DNA of 63,343 nt, filler included, from Hausera hauseri (GCA_046269625.1; 12 parts of 12 records of this genome joined end to end with filler, not necessarily neighbours in it); one strand, 5' to 3'. Shown: positions 36,597-49,210, counted from the whole stretch's first letter. Numbers and translations are program-made. Notes: generated by a model not told the origin, from the letters alone.

Positions 36597-39500
36597 AGGT
36601 GCCAATCTTACTTCTAAAGTGGTGATTAAACTTTTGTTATTATATCTGAACAATTTAGCTGCTGATGCTTACAGCGAGCTCACTAATTGTGAAAAGAAAT
36701 CTTAGTCCTCCCTAGTAGGATCATTAAGTCGTAAATTATTACAGACAGTAATGCCACAGTAGAAACTTATGGAATTTCAGAATAGTGTGCAACAGGGTGA
36801 ATCGGTAACCCACTATAAAAATGGAAATGTCAATAACGATTATAGAAATTGCCACAACAGTAATAGAAATTATTGTAATGATCGAAATTGGAATAAGTTA
36901 GGTTTAAATACGGATAGAAATCAAGAAGGCTACAAAAACCTCATCAATGGAAACCACTATAATGATAACCGTAATAATGATAGTCGTCAAAATATAGACA
37001 TTAAACAAGGTTCTTTGAACAAGTATAATAGAAATTCGAGACAAATCTAAATCAGCCTGAGACCACTACTCCACAAATTCTGATGGCCAGAAAAGAGTAC
37101 GGAGACAAGTTAACACTATTGGAAATATATCATGGATTAGCAGAACCAGAAACAGAATACGAATATACTGTAGAACCAAAATGAACTGTTATGATGCAAA
37201 AGGAAAGTGTTCCGGCAATTAATAAAATGCTAAATAAACGAGATAAACCAAGAACTTAAACAGAAGTCGATTTAGATGTAAAACTTAAGTATACACTCGG
37301 AAGAGTATATAAAATTACCGAGTATAATATAGACGAAAAAGAATTTATGAAATCATTAATACTTAAAATTACCAAAAATAGAGGCCGTAGTCCCTCAATT
37401 AAACGGAAGCGTAGAAGTTGTTCACGATCTCAAATAACTAAAGGAAAGCACCGAAATCGCTGCAGAAAGCGACACAGGATAATAAGATGAAATAAATGAA
37501 ATTTGCCCAATATCTACTAATGAAGAAGAACCAGAGCACACTAAGAAAATTGACCAGAAAAAGTAAAAGTTAGGCCGAATGAATTAAAAAAAAAGAGAAT
37601 TAACTGTCATGAAGTATTACAGCAGAATCTGGAAAAACTTAAACAAATCAGCGAGTAAGTAGATATTTCATGTAAAGAGCAACAACTTGTTGAGAGGTTG
37701 AATAAAAGTTTGAAGTTATGTAGTGAAGGAAAATTCGATGAAGCAATCGACTTAGAAGAACCTGAAGAAATGCCGCCAAAACGTTAACAAAATGGAAACA
37801 CGAATTAGAATAATGGATCAAACGTGGAGTGCAATTTTCAGAAGGATTGGCAAAAATACAAATAGTGCTGACGTAAAGGTAGCTCAAACTCAAACATTAT
37901 TGACTGCATTAGAAGCAAGTCCCAGATTGAAAAGAGTTGTCCCTAATTTAATATGCATAATGGATGGAATTAAATTTGCAGTGATTAATCGGCTTAGAGA
38001 AAAAGCGGTTAACGAACGAAACGAAATTGATTTATAAATACTGGGTATAGACCCAGTAGATATTCCTCCTTTAATGGATATGATAACGATTGCTTTCGCT
38101 ACATCTGAACAATATTCCAGCTTAAAGAATCGTCTTAAATTTGAGAATGAAAAGAGATCACAAATTTATAGTTTAAAAAACCGAATCATGTTTATGGATG
38201 ACGACGAAGCCAAAATTATAATAAAAGATTATATCGTGGAAATTGATGAGTATAAGGACGAATTTAATTATACCAACCATATTATGAATTTTATAAAAGG
38301 TCCAGATGACAAATTGAAGGACGCTTACAAAATGCTAGATTCAGCAATACTGGCAAAACCTGTAATAGCTAATCAACTAAATGAATGGTCCGAATTGATA
38401 TTGAGACTAAGTAAGCTGGTGAAAAGTCGTATAAAAGAATCTCCAGAAAGTGAGTCTATGATAAAGAAACAATTAAAAGAAAGTTCATGGAATTTAGATA
38501 TAATGAGAATGGAAATAGATACCCAAACGCAGTTCGACGTAACACGACAATTAAACCTTATTGAGTAAATATAAAGAGATGACAATAATTGAAGAGATGT
38601 ACAAAATGACCGAAGAAACAAGGTTTACAGAAAAACGAGATATCACTTGTAATTTCTATTCAAAATTAAGAAATATCCGTCTACAAGGAATTATACATCT
38701 GACAACCAAACTTATTTATGAGATTTCGATACAGGACGCGTTAAAGTTCTTACACAAACCACAGGAGTGGATGACAATAACGGATCATAATTGTCATTCC
38801 GAATTGATGGAAATAAGAAAGGATCATCATCGCAGTTTTGAGGAAACTAAGTTTGTAAAGAAATTGCTTGACGCATGAGATTCCGATTCAAAAATCCTTA
38901 ACGAGATGTAGGAGTTAACACTATTACTGGCAGAAATGGCAAAAATCAATGATGATAAGATGAGGCAATTGATGGTCCAAAACGACAGGCCAAAGAAACG
39001 CGCACTAGAAACAAACAGAGAACAATAAAGTTAGACGAACTAACCAAAGGGTTCGAAATCTACAGAAATAAATATACTTTTACTGAATCAGAAATTAATA
39101 AAAAGTTAGAATTTGTACCAAGGTGACAAAGAGATGTAATTAACGAACTGACTGATTATCGTCAAAAGGGACTTATCCATTCGAATGAACTAGGCGAACT
39201 ATTGAAAATGATCCAGTAGGCCTATGGAAACGGCGTAAGTTTTCGAATCACACAGATGGAAGAAATATAACCAAAATTGAAAGAAATTCGAGGAAACGTG
39301 AAAAAAACAAATACGACGCTAGTAGACTATGGACTTACAGAAATTGGAAATGAACCAGAATGGAATGCGTACTTAGACGCAATAACTGCCGAAAATCGGA
39401 TAACTCCATTATGACTAAATGAAACAGAAATGTGTCCGCAGAATAAAAGATTCAATGTGGAGATTCTCCTGGACGCAGTACTAACTGAAAAAGATTTAAT

Positions 39501-39619
39501 TGAATTAATTAACGTAAATATTACTGAAATTCGCTTAAGGCAACTTATTCCGACTTTAACTAAATTATCTAGCGAAAACACAATTTATAGTGTTTTGGCA
39601 CAGTAATAGAACAAAGACC

Positions 39620-41560
39620 TTTCTCCAAAGTCATTATTGAAAATTGGGAAGCTTACGCCCTAATTGACACAGGTTCTGAGATATCTTACATTAAAAACAA
39701 CTTGATTCCACAAACGTTAAGAGGACAGTTGTATCCGCCATGGACAAGAGATCCTGGAAGCAAAGGAGCCTTTGGTCAAATGTCGAAAGCGATTTTTAAG
39801 TGGAACCAGTAAGTTCATATCTTTGGACAATCTTTACGTCACGATTTTAAAATTATAAAACAATTAACTGACGATGCAGTTCTAGGTTGCCACTTACTGA
39901 AAAGACTACCAAATGTAGCAGTAGACTTGTAAGTAGGAAAAATAATAGAGAGTGAACCGAAAAAAGGGGTAAAGATTGCTAAATATAGAAAATTTGGAGG
40001 AGTATGGATTCCAGTCGATGGAAACATTTTATCAAGAATAGACATGATAATTTACTCGTAAATCTAACAAGATGATGACCAACCAGTGTATTTCGAACCA
40101 AAGTAAACATTAAATCAGAGCATAGTAATTTAATAATGTATTGACAAGAATAAACTTAAGTGCTGTAGCGAATAGTTTACAGAATGACGTATAATACACC
40201 AACCCCAGTCAAGCTATATGCTCATACTACCTTGAGGAATACTTATAGAGTGTCATCCAGAACTTTTGAAGAAAAAACCTTACAAATATGCTGAATTCGC
40301 GCCTTCCGTTGAGACTACGAACTACTATGCCGCTATAAATCATTTATTGCTAAAGAGGACAAAGATATTTGTAGAGCCAAAGCTATAAATTAACTATTCC
40401 ACTTAAGAAAAAGCCTGCTTCAAATGATGAGATAGACCTTGAAGATCAGAAGATGCCGAAATGATATTTTCCACCTCATTTTGCTAGACCCGAAATAACA
40501 AAAGAAGTTGAACACATGTTTAGAACAGACATAATTAAACCCAACTATAGATCTTGGTACTCACCAATCCTTATAGTTAAAAAGAAAGGTACTACAAACA
40601 TCGATTTTGCATCGATTTCAGAGCACTGAATAATCTTATTATAAAATTTTTTTTTCCGCTGCCATCAGTAAAAGAAGCTTTAGACAGGATCTCAGGAGCA
40701 AATTGTTTTAATGCTCTGGACTTACAGTCCGGATATTAGCAAATGGAAATTGAAGATGAAGATCGTTACAAAATGGCATTCAAAACACACGGTAGCGTTT
40801 ACGAATTTAACATGATACCGTTCGGCATTACAAGCGTATCGGCCATTTTTATACGAATGATGAATAAAATGTTATGGTATTAGATCACGCTTTTGCATAC
40901 TCAGACGATGTAATGACAGCGTCAAAAACAGAAACAGAACATTTAAAAGATATGCTAATGAGATTAGAAGAAACGGTATTAAAATTAAATCCCAGAAAAT
41001 CCAAATGGACTCAAAACGCCGTGTCCTACCTTGGCCATATATTTGTAGAAGGAGAATTGAAACCAGATAAATCGTTCTTGAATAAAATATCAGAAGGAGT
41101 TACGACATTGGCTAGGTTTATGTGGATATTACGCAACTTACGTGCCAGATAACTCAAAGATAAATGCACTGTTGTATCGCCTACTTAAGAAAGGAATTAA
41201 ATGGAAATAGACGGATGAAGAACAAAAAGCTTACGCCGAATTAAAGATCTTAACAAGCAAACCAATTTTACGACACCAGGACTTTAACTTGGTACTTATA
41301 ATTAAGACGGATGCCAGTATGGAAAATGTTGGGAATGAACTAGCTGTGAAACGAAAAGACGAAAAATTGAAACATCCAAATGCGTATGGAGGATGTTCGT
41401 TAAAGAAAGCCGAGACGAATTATTCCTTTACAGAATTGAAAATGCTAGCTGTAAAAGAAGCACTATGACACTTCAACGTATACGTTTGCGGACAGAAAAT
41501 CGTAGTCGTTACCGATCATAAAGCCGTCACGACCTTGAAAGGACAGGCAAGTAATCTATT
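39620..41560 (+). pseudogene. pol: pol (protease, RT, RNase H) of family A
   Basis: IDTGS; SPILIVKKK, CIDFRALN, LDLQSGY*Q, PFGI, FAYSDDV, VSYLGH; TDAS, YS.TELK.LAV, TDHK. Confidence 0.85.
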
Positions 41561-41768
41561 ATAGTAGGGAAAAAGGATGGTTTTGGACAAAGGGGGAGGT
41601 CCACCCACGCACCAATTGACCAATCACGTAAGGCTCGCATGCTGATTGGTCAATTTGACAACGGCGAATTCAATAGTGCGGTCGCTTTTTCCGTTTCACA
41701 AAGGACAAAGCCGGGAAATGCAAAAGAAAAATATAAACTTCTTCCAGAAGCAAAATTTGAGCAGTAAT

Positions 41769-41868
41769 NNNNNNNNNNNNNNNNNNNNNNNNNNNNNNNN
41801 NNNNNNNNNNNNTTAATTAATTAANNNNNNNNNNNNNNNNNNNNNNNNNNNNNNNNNNNNNNNNNNNN
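41769..41868. other. Artificial contig-joining linker
   Basis: 44 N + TTAATTAATTAA + 44 N. Confidence 0.97.
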
Positions 41869-42036
41869 TTTCAATGTCACCGGTGCGTAGGGAAAGTTAA
41901 ATTCCGTCAGTGCAACCTCCCATTGTCCAGCAGATAAATCCAAAGTATTGTTTCAATCTACAACGTATTCATTAGCGGAATTGTTTGGACAAGTCGTCGA
42001 ACAACTGCTGCTTGGCAACACCATGTAAATACTCAT
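41869..42036 (-). pseudogene. Polinton/adintovirus minor capsid (penton)-like protein, N-terminus
   Basis: MSIYMVLPSSSCSTTCPNNSANEYVVD*NNTLDLSAGQWEVALTEFNFP matches the Y..LPSN....P.N....F.......L.G.WEV.L.E...P penton N-terminal pattern. Confidence 0.75.
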
Positions 42037-42078
42037 GATCTCGATGATGATGATGATCGTGATAACACAGTTTGTTTA

Positions 42079-42178
42079 TTATGGAAGTTGACGATGTCGA
42101 AAATGTAACGTCAAATGTGTCGTTGACCCGAACAGAAATTTAATAGATTCCTGTTGTTTCATGGAAAATATATCCGTA
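42079..42178 (-). pseudogene. C-terminus of a preceding penton-like gene
   Basis: ESIKFLFGSTTHLTLHFRHRQLP* matches the typical penton C-terminal ..F..G....TLHFR. Confidence 0.55.
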
Positions 42179-42318
42179 ACAAATAGCAAACAATACTGTT
42201 GAACAAAAGATTATATTTAAAAATCAAAAAAATTCAATATTTATACATTCAATATTTACAATATTATATACAGTATTAATTTTATATCATTTCTTGTTTT
42301 TATCACTTATAGTTTAGT

Positions 42319-42734
42319 TGTAGGGGCAACTAGATAAATTTTGTTTAAGAGAAGATCAAACGGCCTTTTAAATATAAATTTGGAGATTATGTCCTAAATA
42401 TTCGGTGAATTATTTTGGTAGAAGAATAAAACAATTGGACTAAATTTCCGTTGACGTATCGATTAATCTGTTTATTTTTTCTTTGGACTCGTTTCGATTG
42501 TCGACTGTTACCATATTGCTAGAACGTTGTATCAGATCTCGAACAGGGATATGTAAACCCGAGCTACTGACGTCCTGACCAGACACTCCGACACGATGAG
42601 GCAAAATATCAAAATGTACCATTTGTCGACAATTGCAAAACATAACAATAAAAAAGGAAAACAAAAAAATTTGTATTTACAAGTAAAAAAACAATAAAAT
42701 AAATAAGTAAGCACGACCTCGTTTAGACACAACA
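42319..42734 (-). repeat. 3' LTR of family B copy 4
   Basis: Starts TGTTGTG right after the PPT; ends ..CCCCTACA (inferred boundary); shares blocks with 4754-5008 and 23870-24160. Confidence 0.65.
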
Positions 42735-42752
42735 TCACCCCCCCCTCCCCCC
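42735..42752 (-). promoter_or_regulatory. Polypurine tract
   Basis: G-rich tract ending GGGTGA immediately before TGTTG. Confidence 0.85.
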
Positions 42753-42883
42753 GGTGGCAAAGTGGGAAATATACAGATAAGGAGGGAAAACGAACACAAA
42801 ATGGAACAGTGTGAATTAACTATATGGTCTTCGTATGTACGAGACGTTGTATTCCTTCATTACTTAACACTCTACTGTAGGTA

Positions 42884-45800
42884 CTAAAAGTGACCGATTT
42901 GATTTTTTTGTGTCGTGGAATCTGGTTGGCAAGTTGATGTGGATAAAACTATGTCGGATATCATAGTTGAAGTTGGTATATTGCTCTGAGGCAAAAAATG
43001 GGCCGGAGATAAAAATGTAAGAGTAAAGGGAAGAAAGGTGGGAAAATTAATGGAAGGAGTTTGAGGGGTAGGTTCTAGTGACGCGGCAGGTGTAGAGTTT
43101 GGAGGAACAGAAATTGGAAAAGGTGGTGGCATCAGGGAAGGTATAAAATTTTTAGTTTGAGGTACATTATAAACGAGAAAGGCGGGCTTTACGTTGTTGA
43201 TGTGCACCGTTAGTTCTTTGCCATCTTTTAGAATAATGGCATTGTGGGAATGTAGCTGAACGACTTTGTAAGGTCCCAGGTACCGTGGTTGGAAACCGCA
43301 TGGTATTTGGTTTCTCAACCAGACGAATTTTGCCGATTATAAATCCTCCGGTAGGTACGTTTTATTATCATTTATTATCCTGCAGAATGAATCTTTGCTA
43401 ACTGAGAAAAAGTGATTTTGTGCCGTTCGAATAGCTTCGTCTCTAAGTGTGTCATCCAACGCAGTTAGTTCAAATAATAAACGTACACGTGTTCCGAATA
43501 ATGCCTCCATATGTGAACAACCTGTGGAAGTAGAAAGGGAGTTACGCCAACCCAGAATAACTAACGGGAGAAAAGCAGTCCAGTTGCTATTGGATTCTGC
43601 GAGGATTCTCATTGACGATTTTAGTGTTCTGTGGAATTTCTCTAGAAGACCATTTGATTGGAGGTGGTATGGTGTAGTGTGAATGTGATTGACTAATAAT
43701 TTGAATAAATTGGACTCAAAATGAGTACCTTGATCCGTAATAATGAACCTAGGAGATTTGTACCTGCTGATCCAAGTGCGTATGAAAACATCGGCTATTG
43801 TGTCAGTGTTAGTGCTCCGTAAAGGGACAGCTTCTGGCCAACGTGAGGCGCGATCCATCATGGTCAAAATGAATTGATGACCGTTGCCAAGAGGAAGAGG
43901 GCCGACGATATCTATATGTACGGACTCAAATCTTGATGTGTAGGGAAGTGATATAATGGTGGCTTTAGATGTTTGGTTTTTTTAAATTTTTGGCAAGCCA
44001 CGCACTCCTTAACCCACGCTTGCACATCAAAACGCATTGTCGGCCATATTACCTGCCGGTGGAATAGGCGAAAAGTTGCCTTCGCACCAGGATGATGTAG
44101 TAAATGTACGCTGTTAAACGCTTGCCTTTGTAAAGGTGGTGCGAGAATTATTACGGAATGACCTGGTTTGAAAGTGTCTAAAGCTACGCCGTCAATGATG
44201 TTGTAAGATCGGAAAGATTTAAGCATGTCTGGAGGTGGTTGGTTTTCTTGCAGCTGGTCTTGTGTGAGTATAAGTTTAAAATTGATGGAGCTAACGGATC
44301 TTGAAAGGAAATTGGCGACTAAGTTGTTTACACCGTTAATGTGTTTGATCTCGAAATTAAACGTCGAAAAATATGAGATCTGACGTTCTTGCATAGATGA
44401 TGGATGTTTCATGGTCATGATGTTAATTAAAGGTTTGTGATCGGTCTGTATGGTCAAACGTCGAGCAGTGAGTAAATGTGAAAAGTGTTTTAAAGGAAGA
44501 ACTGTCGCTAGTAGTTCTCGGTCGAACGTGGAGTATTGAATTTTGGGAGATGTTAACTTGCGTGAAAAAAATTCCAAAGGCTGGTTTTTGCCCTTATAGA
44601 TTTGATGAAGTACGGCGCCCACAGCGGTGGTGGAGGCGTCTGTAATGAAGATCAGCTGTGCATCATGCTTGGGAAAAGCTAATCTTTCGACAGTTTTTAA
44701 ACCTTCTCTTAGCTTTTTGAATTTGTTTACAAGTTCAGGAATCCATAGTATTGGTCGGTATTTTTTTCCACCACTAAGGTGAGCAATTGCTGCGGTAAGT
44801 TTAAAGCAGTACGGCACATACTTGTAAACGAAGTGTAAAGTGCACAAAAAACTCCTTATTTCTGTTGTTGTACGAGGTAGCTGCACGTTTTTTAAGGCTT
44901 CAACTCAGTCGGGCTGAAGCAAGTAACCTTCGGCAGAAATAACGTGGGCAAGAAAATGTATACGTTTCTGGAAAAAGTGACATTTGGCGAAATTAATCTG
45001 GAGGTTATGCTGGTATAAGCGTTGAAAGATTGATCTGAGGTGTTTTTCGTGTTGTTTGGTTGAGGAAGAAATAATTAATATGACATCAATATACGGATGA
45101 GCATTAGGAAAATCGGAAAGGATAGTATCGATGTGGCACTGAAAAGTCTGCGCAGCATTCCGTAAGCCAAAAGGCATGTACAGATATTTGTATGGGCCAA
45201 CAGAAGTAGTGACGGCTGTTTTTTCGATATCCTCGGGTGCCACAGGAATTTAATGGTAGGCTTTGGATAAATCAATGGTAGAATAAATTGCAGTCGAGTG
45301 GAGACGGTGTAAGATATCCTTAATGAGTGGCAACGGGTATGCATCCATTATTGTCAAAGTGTTCAACTGACGATAATCGCCACATGGTCGAAAAGTTCCG
45401 CCTTCTTTTGTACGACATGTAGTGGTGACGACCATGGGGATTTGGAGCGACGTACAATTCCGGAAAGTTCTAGTTCTAGAAATGTGGCTTCAATTGTCTG
45501 TCTACGACGAGGAGATAAAGGACGCACCTTTTAACGGATAGGTCTTTGATGTTGTGTCACAATGTGGTAAAAAGTGGTATTTTCTGGTGTAAAAGACCTA
45601 TCTTTTTGAATAATTCTAGAACAATATACGTGGTTGAATTGCTGCAGACTTGCAGGTAATTGTGAAAAGTTTGGTGGGAGCGAGGAGGTATTACCAGTAA
45701 CTTTGGCAGTATCAGTAACAGTAGCAATTCGGACGTTATTTGGCGGTCGAGATTGAAGTGGTATTCGATGCAGGATGGTAGTATTGAAGACGGTATTGTA

Positions 45801-46427
45801 GCTTGTAGTTTTATCGAAGGATTTGGCAGTGGTAAGAGAATAACTTTCATCGATGTTGAAAACCCAATCGTCAATAGCATTGTTCTTTAGTGATTTATAA
45901 AACAAGGTACCATTGTTGTAAGAAAAAGGTTTGTGTAACAATTTTTTTAATATCGGCTTTCGAGTTGCATTCATCCGTACGACAGCCGAATTTGTGTCGT
46001 CGTAATCGAATCTCTCCTTATTGCGACCAATTGTTAAACAGCGTTGTTTGCAATCGACAAGGAGATTGTGGTACGAAAGAAAATCGGATCCTAAAATAGT
46101 TGTTTGAACGTTTGCAACAGTAAAAGTCTAGTGGAACGTTTGAGTAGATTTAGGGAGGATAAAAGAAAGCCTACTTATACCGGAAACATATAGCGGTTGT
46201 CCGGAAGCTGTAAATAAAGGTTTACTTTTGGATTAAGTGTGTTGAGTTGGAAAGGTAAGCCGTAGTAAAGAAATCGCTGCGCATGAATCGGTAAGGAAAT
46301 CTGTGTTAAGGTGTAGGTATGATGGTGGAGGCTTTTAATGTGAACGCGGCGAAAGAAATTTTTCGGCTATTAAGAAGTAAAGAGTGATCTTCACCAGTGC
46401 TTGCCAAAAACTCTGGCGGCGAAGTTA
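42884..46427 (-). pseudogene. pol: pol (PR, RT, RH, IN), disrupted
   Basis: FRPCGDYRQLN, DAYPLP, IDLSKAYH, MPFGLRNAAQTFQ, TDAS, YSTFDRELLA, TDHKPL, RWPEAVPL, ITDQG, PRYLGPY. Confidence 0.93.
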
Positions 46428-46434
46428 GTTTTTT
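46389..46434 (-). promoter_or_regulatory. Putative -1 ribosomal frameshift signal at the gag-pol junction
   Basis: In-frame A_AAA_AAC then TAA, followed by a CGCCAG...CTGGTG stem; the -1 frame reads LTSPPEF..., homologous to LMPPPEL... of copy 1. Confidence 0.75.
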
Positions 46435-47838
46435 AAAAACGGAGAACCTGAGCGACTGTTATAAACGAAAGTTGTGCGTTTGTTATTTGCATGATGGGAT
46501 TTGTTTTTAAACGTGCAACATGGAATGCATTTGCATGCATTATGTCTGGATTTTGCATGATATATGCAAATGACATTGACCGTATGGTATCTTTGATTAT
46601 AAAATTTGCACCCTAGGTGGCATTTTTTGGCGTTGTTATCAAACTTACCGTGGTAATAGCAAATCAGTAATTGTCTAGGTGAAGGTGAACGACCACGAGA
46701 TACTGAACGGTTACGGTCACGTATGAAACCCTCACGTCGAGTCAATGAAATCTCGTTCAGTTTATTGTTGATATTATTTATTGTTATTTTTAGGGCCACA
46801 TTTTCGGCTCGTAGTTGATTTAACTGTTGTTTGAGTGTAATGTTGTTGGTAGTAATGGCTGCAGAAATGAATGGTTAAGTGTGTGCATTCAAAAGCTCGT
46901 ATGTTTTGTCCGCCAGTTCAGCCAATTTATCAAGTGTTGTCGATTCTTTGACGACAGTAAGTAAGGCTCTAATTTGTATAGGCAATGCGTTCAGGAAGTA
47001 GCGTCGCAAAAGATCAGCGTTGTGCTGTTTAGTCACGCCAAGCGTTTGAAGTATCACAAGTGAAGTTCTGAGGAAATCAGAGGTTTTTGCGTCCCCATAA
47101 CATTGTCGTTGAAGAAACTGTGAATTATTGACTCCATAGATAGTTCAGTAAGCTTTAAAACAGCATTGTAAAGATGGGTGTATGGATCTGCTGGCTGGAA
47201 GATATCTAACAAATCATGAATGGCCCTTTTTACAGTTGTCGGTAAAAGATAAAGCAGATTATAAGCTTTAGTTAGCGGTTCAGTGATGTTGTTAGACTGC
47301 AGCCAAAGTTTATGGTAGCTATGCCAGGTTTTTCTGGACTGTTCGTGGTCGATAAAATACGCCGTTTACTAAGACAAAGTGTATTTGGCTGGCGAGGTTG
47401 AAGAAGTAAAATTACTGAAAGAAGATGGCATGGTAACGGTCGACGATTTTTGGTTAAACCAAAATGTGATGTTTTGGAGGTAGTTTTGTCAGTGATGTTA
47501 ATGGTAGGTAAAGAGACCATTCCACCACGTATGCGAATATGTACGTAAATGGTGATGCAATGGGTTGAAGGTACAGAAAGGTTACGAAGGTTGGCATTAG
47601 TTACTGGAAGATTATTGTATGTAAGATAAAAGTCAGAGATGTTGGCGACGTGTAGTACGTAGTTGTGTAAGTAGGATGAGTTTATGAAATGTGTTATTCT
47701 GTATGTGAGTAAATGGTGATTATTTAAAAAGTATAAAAAGGAAAGAGTCGGTGGAGACCCAAGTGGTTGGTGTGGTATCGGAACACACCATGGCGTAGGA
47801 CTCATTGACTTAGGACAGACGGTTGGGTAGTTGGTCAC
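46425..47838 (-). pseudogene. gag: gag with N-terminal ubiquitin-like domain, capsid region and two CHCC-type motifs
   Basis: HIRIRGG|M; LLRRYFLNALP.QIRALL...LDKLAELADK; CYYHGKFDNNAKKCHLGC and CIYHAKSRHNACKCIPCC. Confidence 0.85.
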
Positions 47839-48374
47839 GCTGTGATGTACTCGGGACTCAACAGCTGTGTAATTCGAACTGTGCGGCAGTTTTGATAAAG
47901 AATCGGTATAACCTTTAATATTTAAATCGCTTTCAAGGATCTGGATAATACCAAATTGTGTTGGACATACAATTATGCTTGTAAGGTGAGGCCTGCTGTA
48001 TTTACGTCAATTTCCCTTAGATAGAGTTTGAAAAGTAGTAATGAATCGACAAGATAATCACCAATTGCTATCTCATTTTTGTATTGTAATATGAAACATG
48101 GTATACGTGCCTGCAGCAGTGGACGATAAGATAGCAAACTTTTTTGAAGTAAATGGACAGGAAAGGTGAAATGAAGAAAAAACTCTAAGTAAATTGACCT
48201 CAGATAGCAACCGCAAGGGAAAGCTAAATTTAAAAAGGGAGATGTTGTGCCAGACGTGTTGAGATCAAAAACGTAATAGAGAAACGGGAAAAAGAAATCG
48301 TTAAGAAGAAGGAAATTAAAAAAATGACTGTCCGACAAATAGGACGCAATGACTAATCCTACCTCATCGTGCGC

Positions 48375-49210
48375 CGGTTTCTCTGGATCTGGAGGAGTTG
48401 CATCCGATCTATGCTGAAAGAAAATCGCGGCGTAATCCATGATAGGCATGATGATGTGAGGGGATTGGTTTAGTTTTCGCACAGTTGCAATATCAGCCGG
48501 TTTGGTTATGTTCAGTGCTTCTTCTGCTTCATGAAGAGCAGGCTCCGCAGCTTCCAATTTTGATTTATTCAATTCCAATTTTTTGTTCCTGTATTCTAGG
48601 GATCCTTCGTTTTTGATCTCTTGATTTGTGAAAAGGAAAGAAATATCTTTTCCTTGTTGACCCGTTGTTCGATACAGTGATTTGAAATCTTCTAAAAAAT
48701 TAGACACATTGTATAATCTAGTAGATGTTATTTGAAATGTTTTGTAACCAGCAATGAATGACGCCAATTTGATCAAAATTTGTTTACCAGATTCACCTAC
48801 CTCTACTAGCAATGCATTCCCATGAGGAGTGCAAATGTTTCTTGATATTTTTAAAAGATGTATCCTGGCATCAACAAGGAAAACGACGTTCATATTCGTC
48901 CCGCGAAATACTTTATTATATTGATCATCAAACATTTTCAAGCGATTTCTCAGTTGATCAAAAGATGCGATAGATTCATAAAGTTTTGGTATTCCAAAAT
49001 CCTTTCCTTGCCATATTCTTCTGAGATTACGCAAAATGAATACGTAATGGTATTTGGCTGGAGTCGGAAGCATTTTAGCTTTTATTACTTGCCAAAGTCT
49101 CCTTGTAACCGTAATACGTTTTTCCACGAGATCTCGAACTTCTGACGTAAATCCGCGTTCAGCGCAGTAATGTCCAGTGCCAGTCATCTCATTTAAACAC
49201 TTGCCCAATG
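48375..49210 (-). pseudogene. DNAH5: Axonemal dynein heavy chain (DNAH5/DNAH8 type) fragments: AAA3 lid, AAA4 and stalk/MTBD pieces joined in frame
   Basis: [35 protein letters not shown]; [29 protein letters not shown]; [14 protein letters not shown]...[11 protein letters not shown]. The paralogue (5 vs 8) is not resolved. Confidence 0.88.

Larger units (their letters stand above)
36580..41560 (+). mobile_element. Ty3/Gypsy family A copy 2 (PBS, internally deleted gag, long extension, PR-RT-RH), heavily decayed
   Basis: Homology with 237-3928; ALIDTGSEISYI at about 39655, YSDD RT motif, TDAS and VVVTDHK RNase H motifs. The 5' LTR ends at about 36577 (..AAACA); its start was not determined. 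Confidence 0.88.
42319..47960 (-). mobile_element. Ty3/Gypsy family B copy 4, most complete copy (UBL-gag, -1 frameshift, pol, PPT, 3' LTR)
   Basis: All domains present in order. No matching 5' LTR was recognised. Confidence 0.92.

Noticed and set aside
47945-48370. 5' LTR and PBS of family B copy 4
   Set aside because: TG...CA ends and a following TGGT can be drawn, but the region does not resemble the 3' LTR and I cannot match the PBS to a tRNA.
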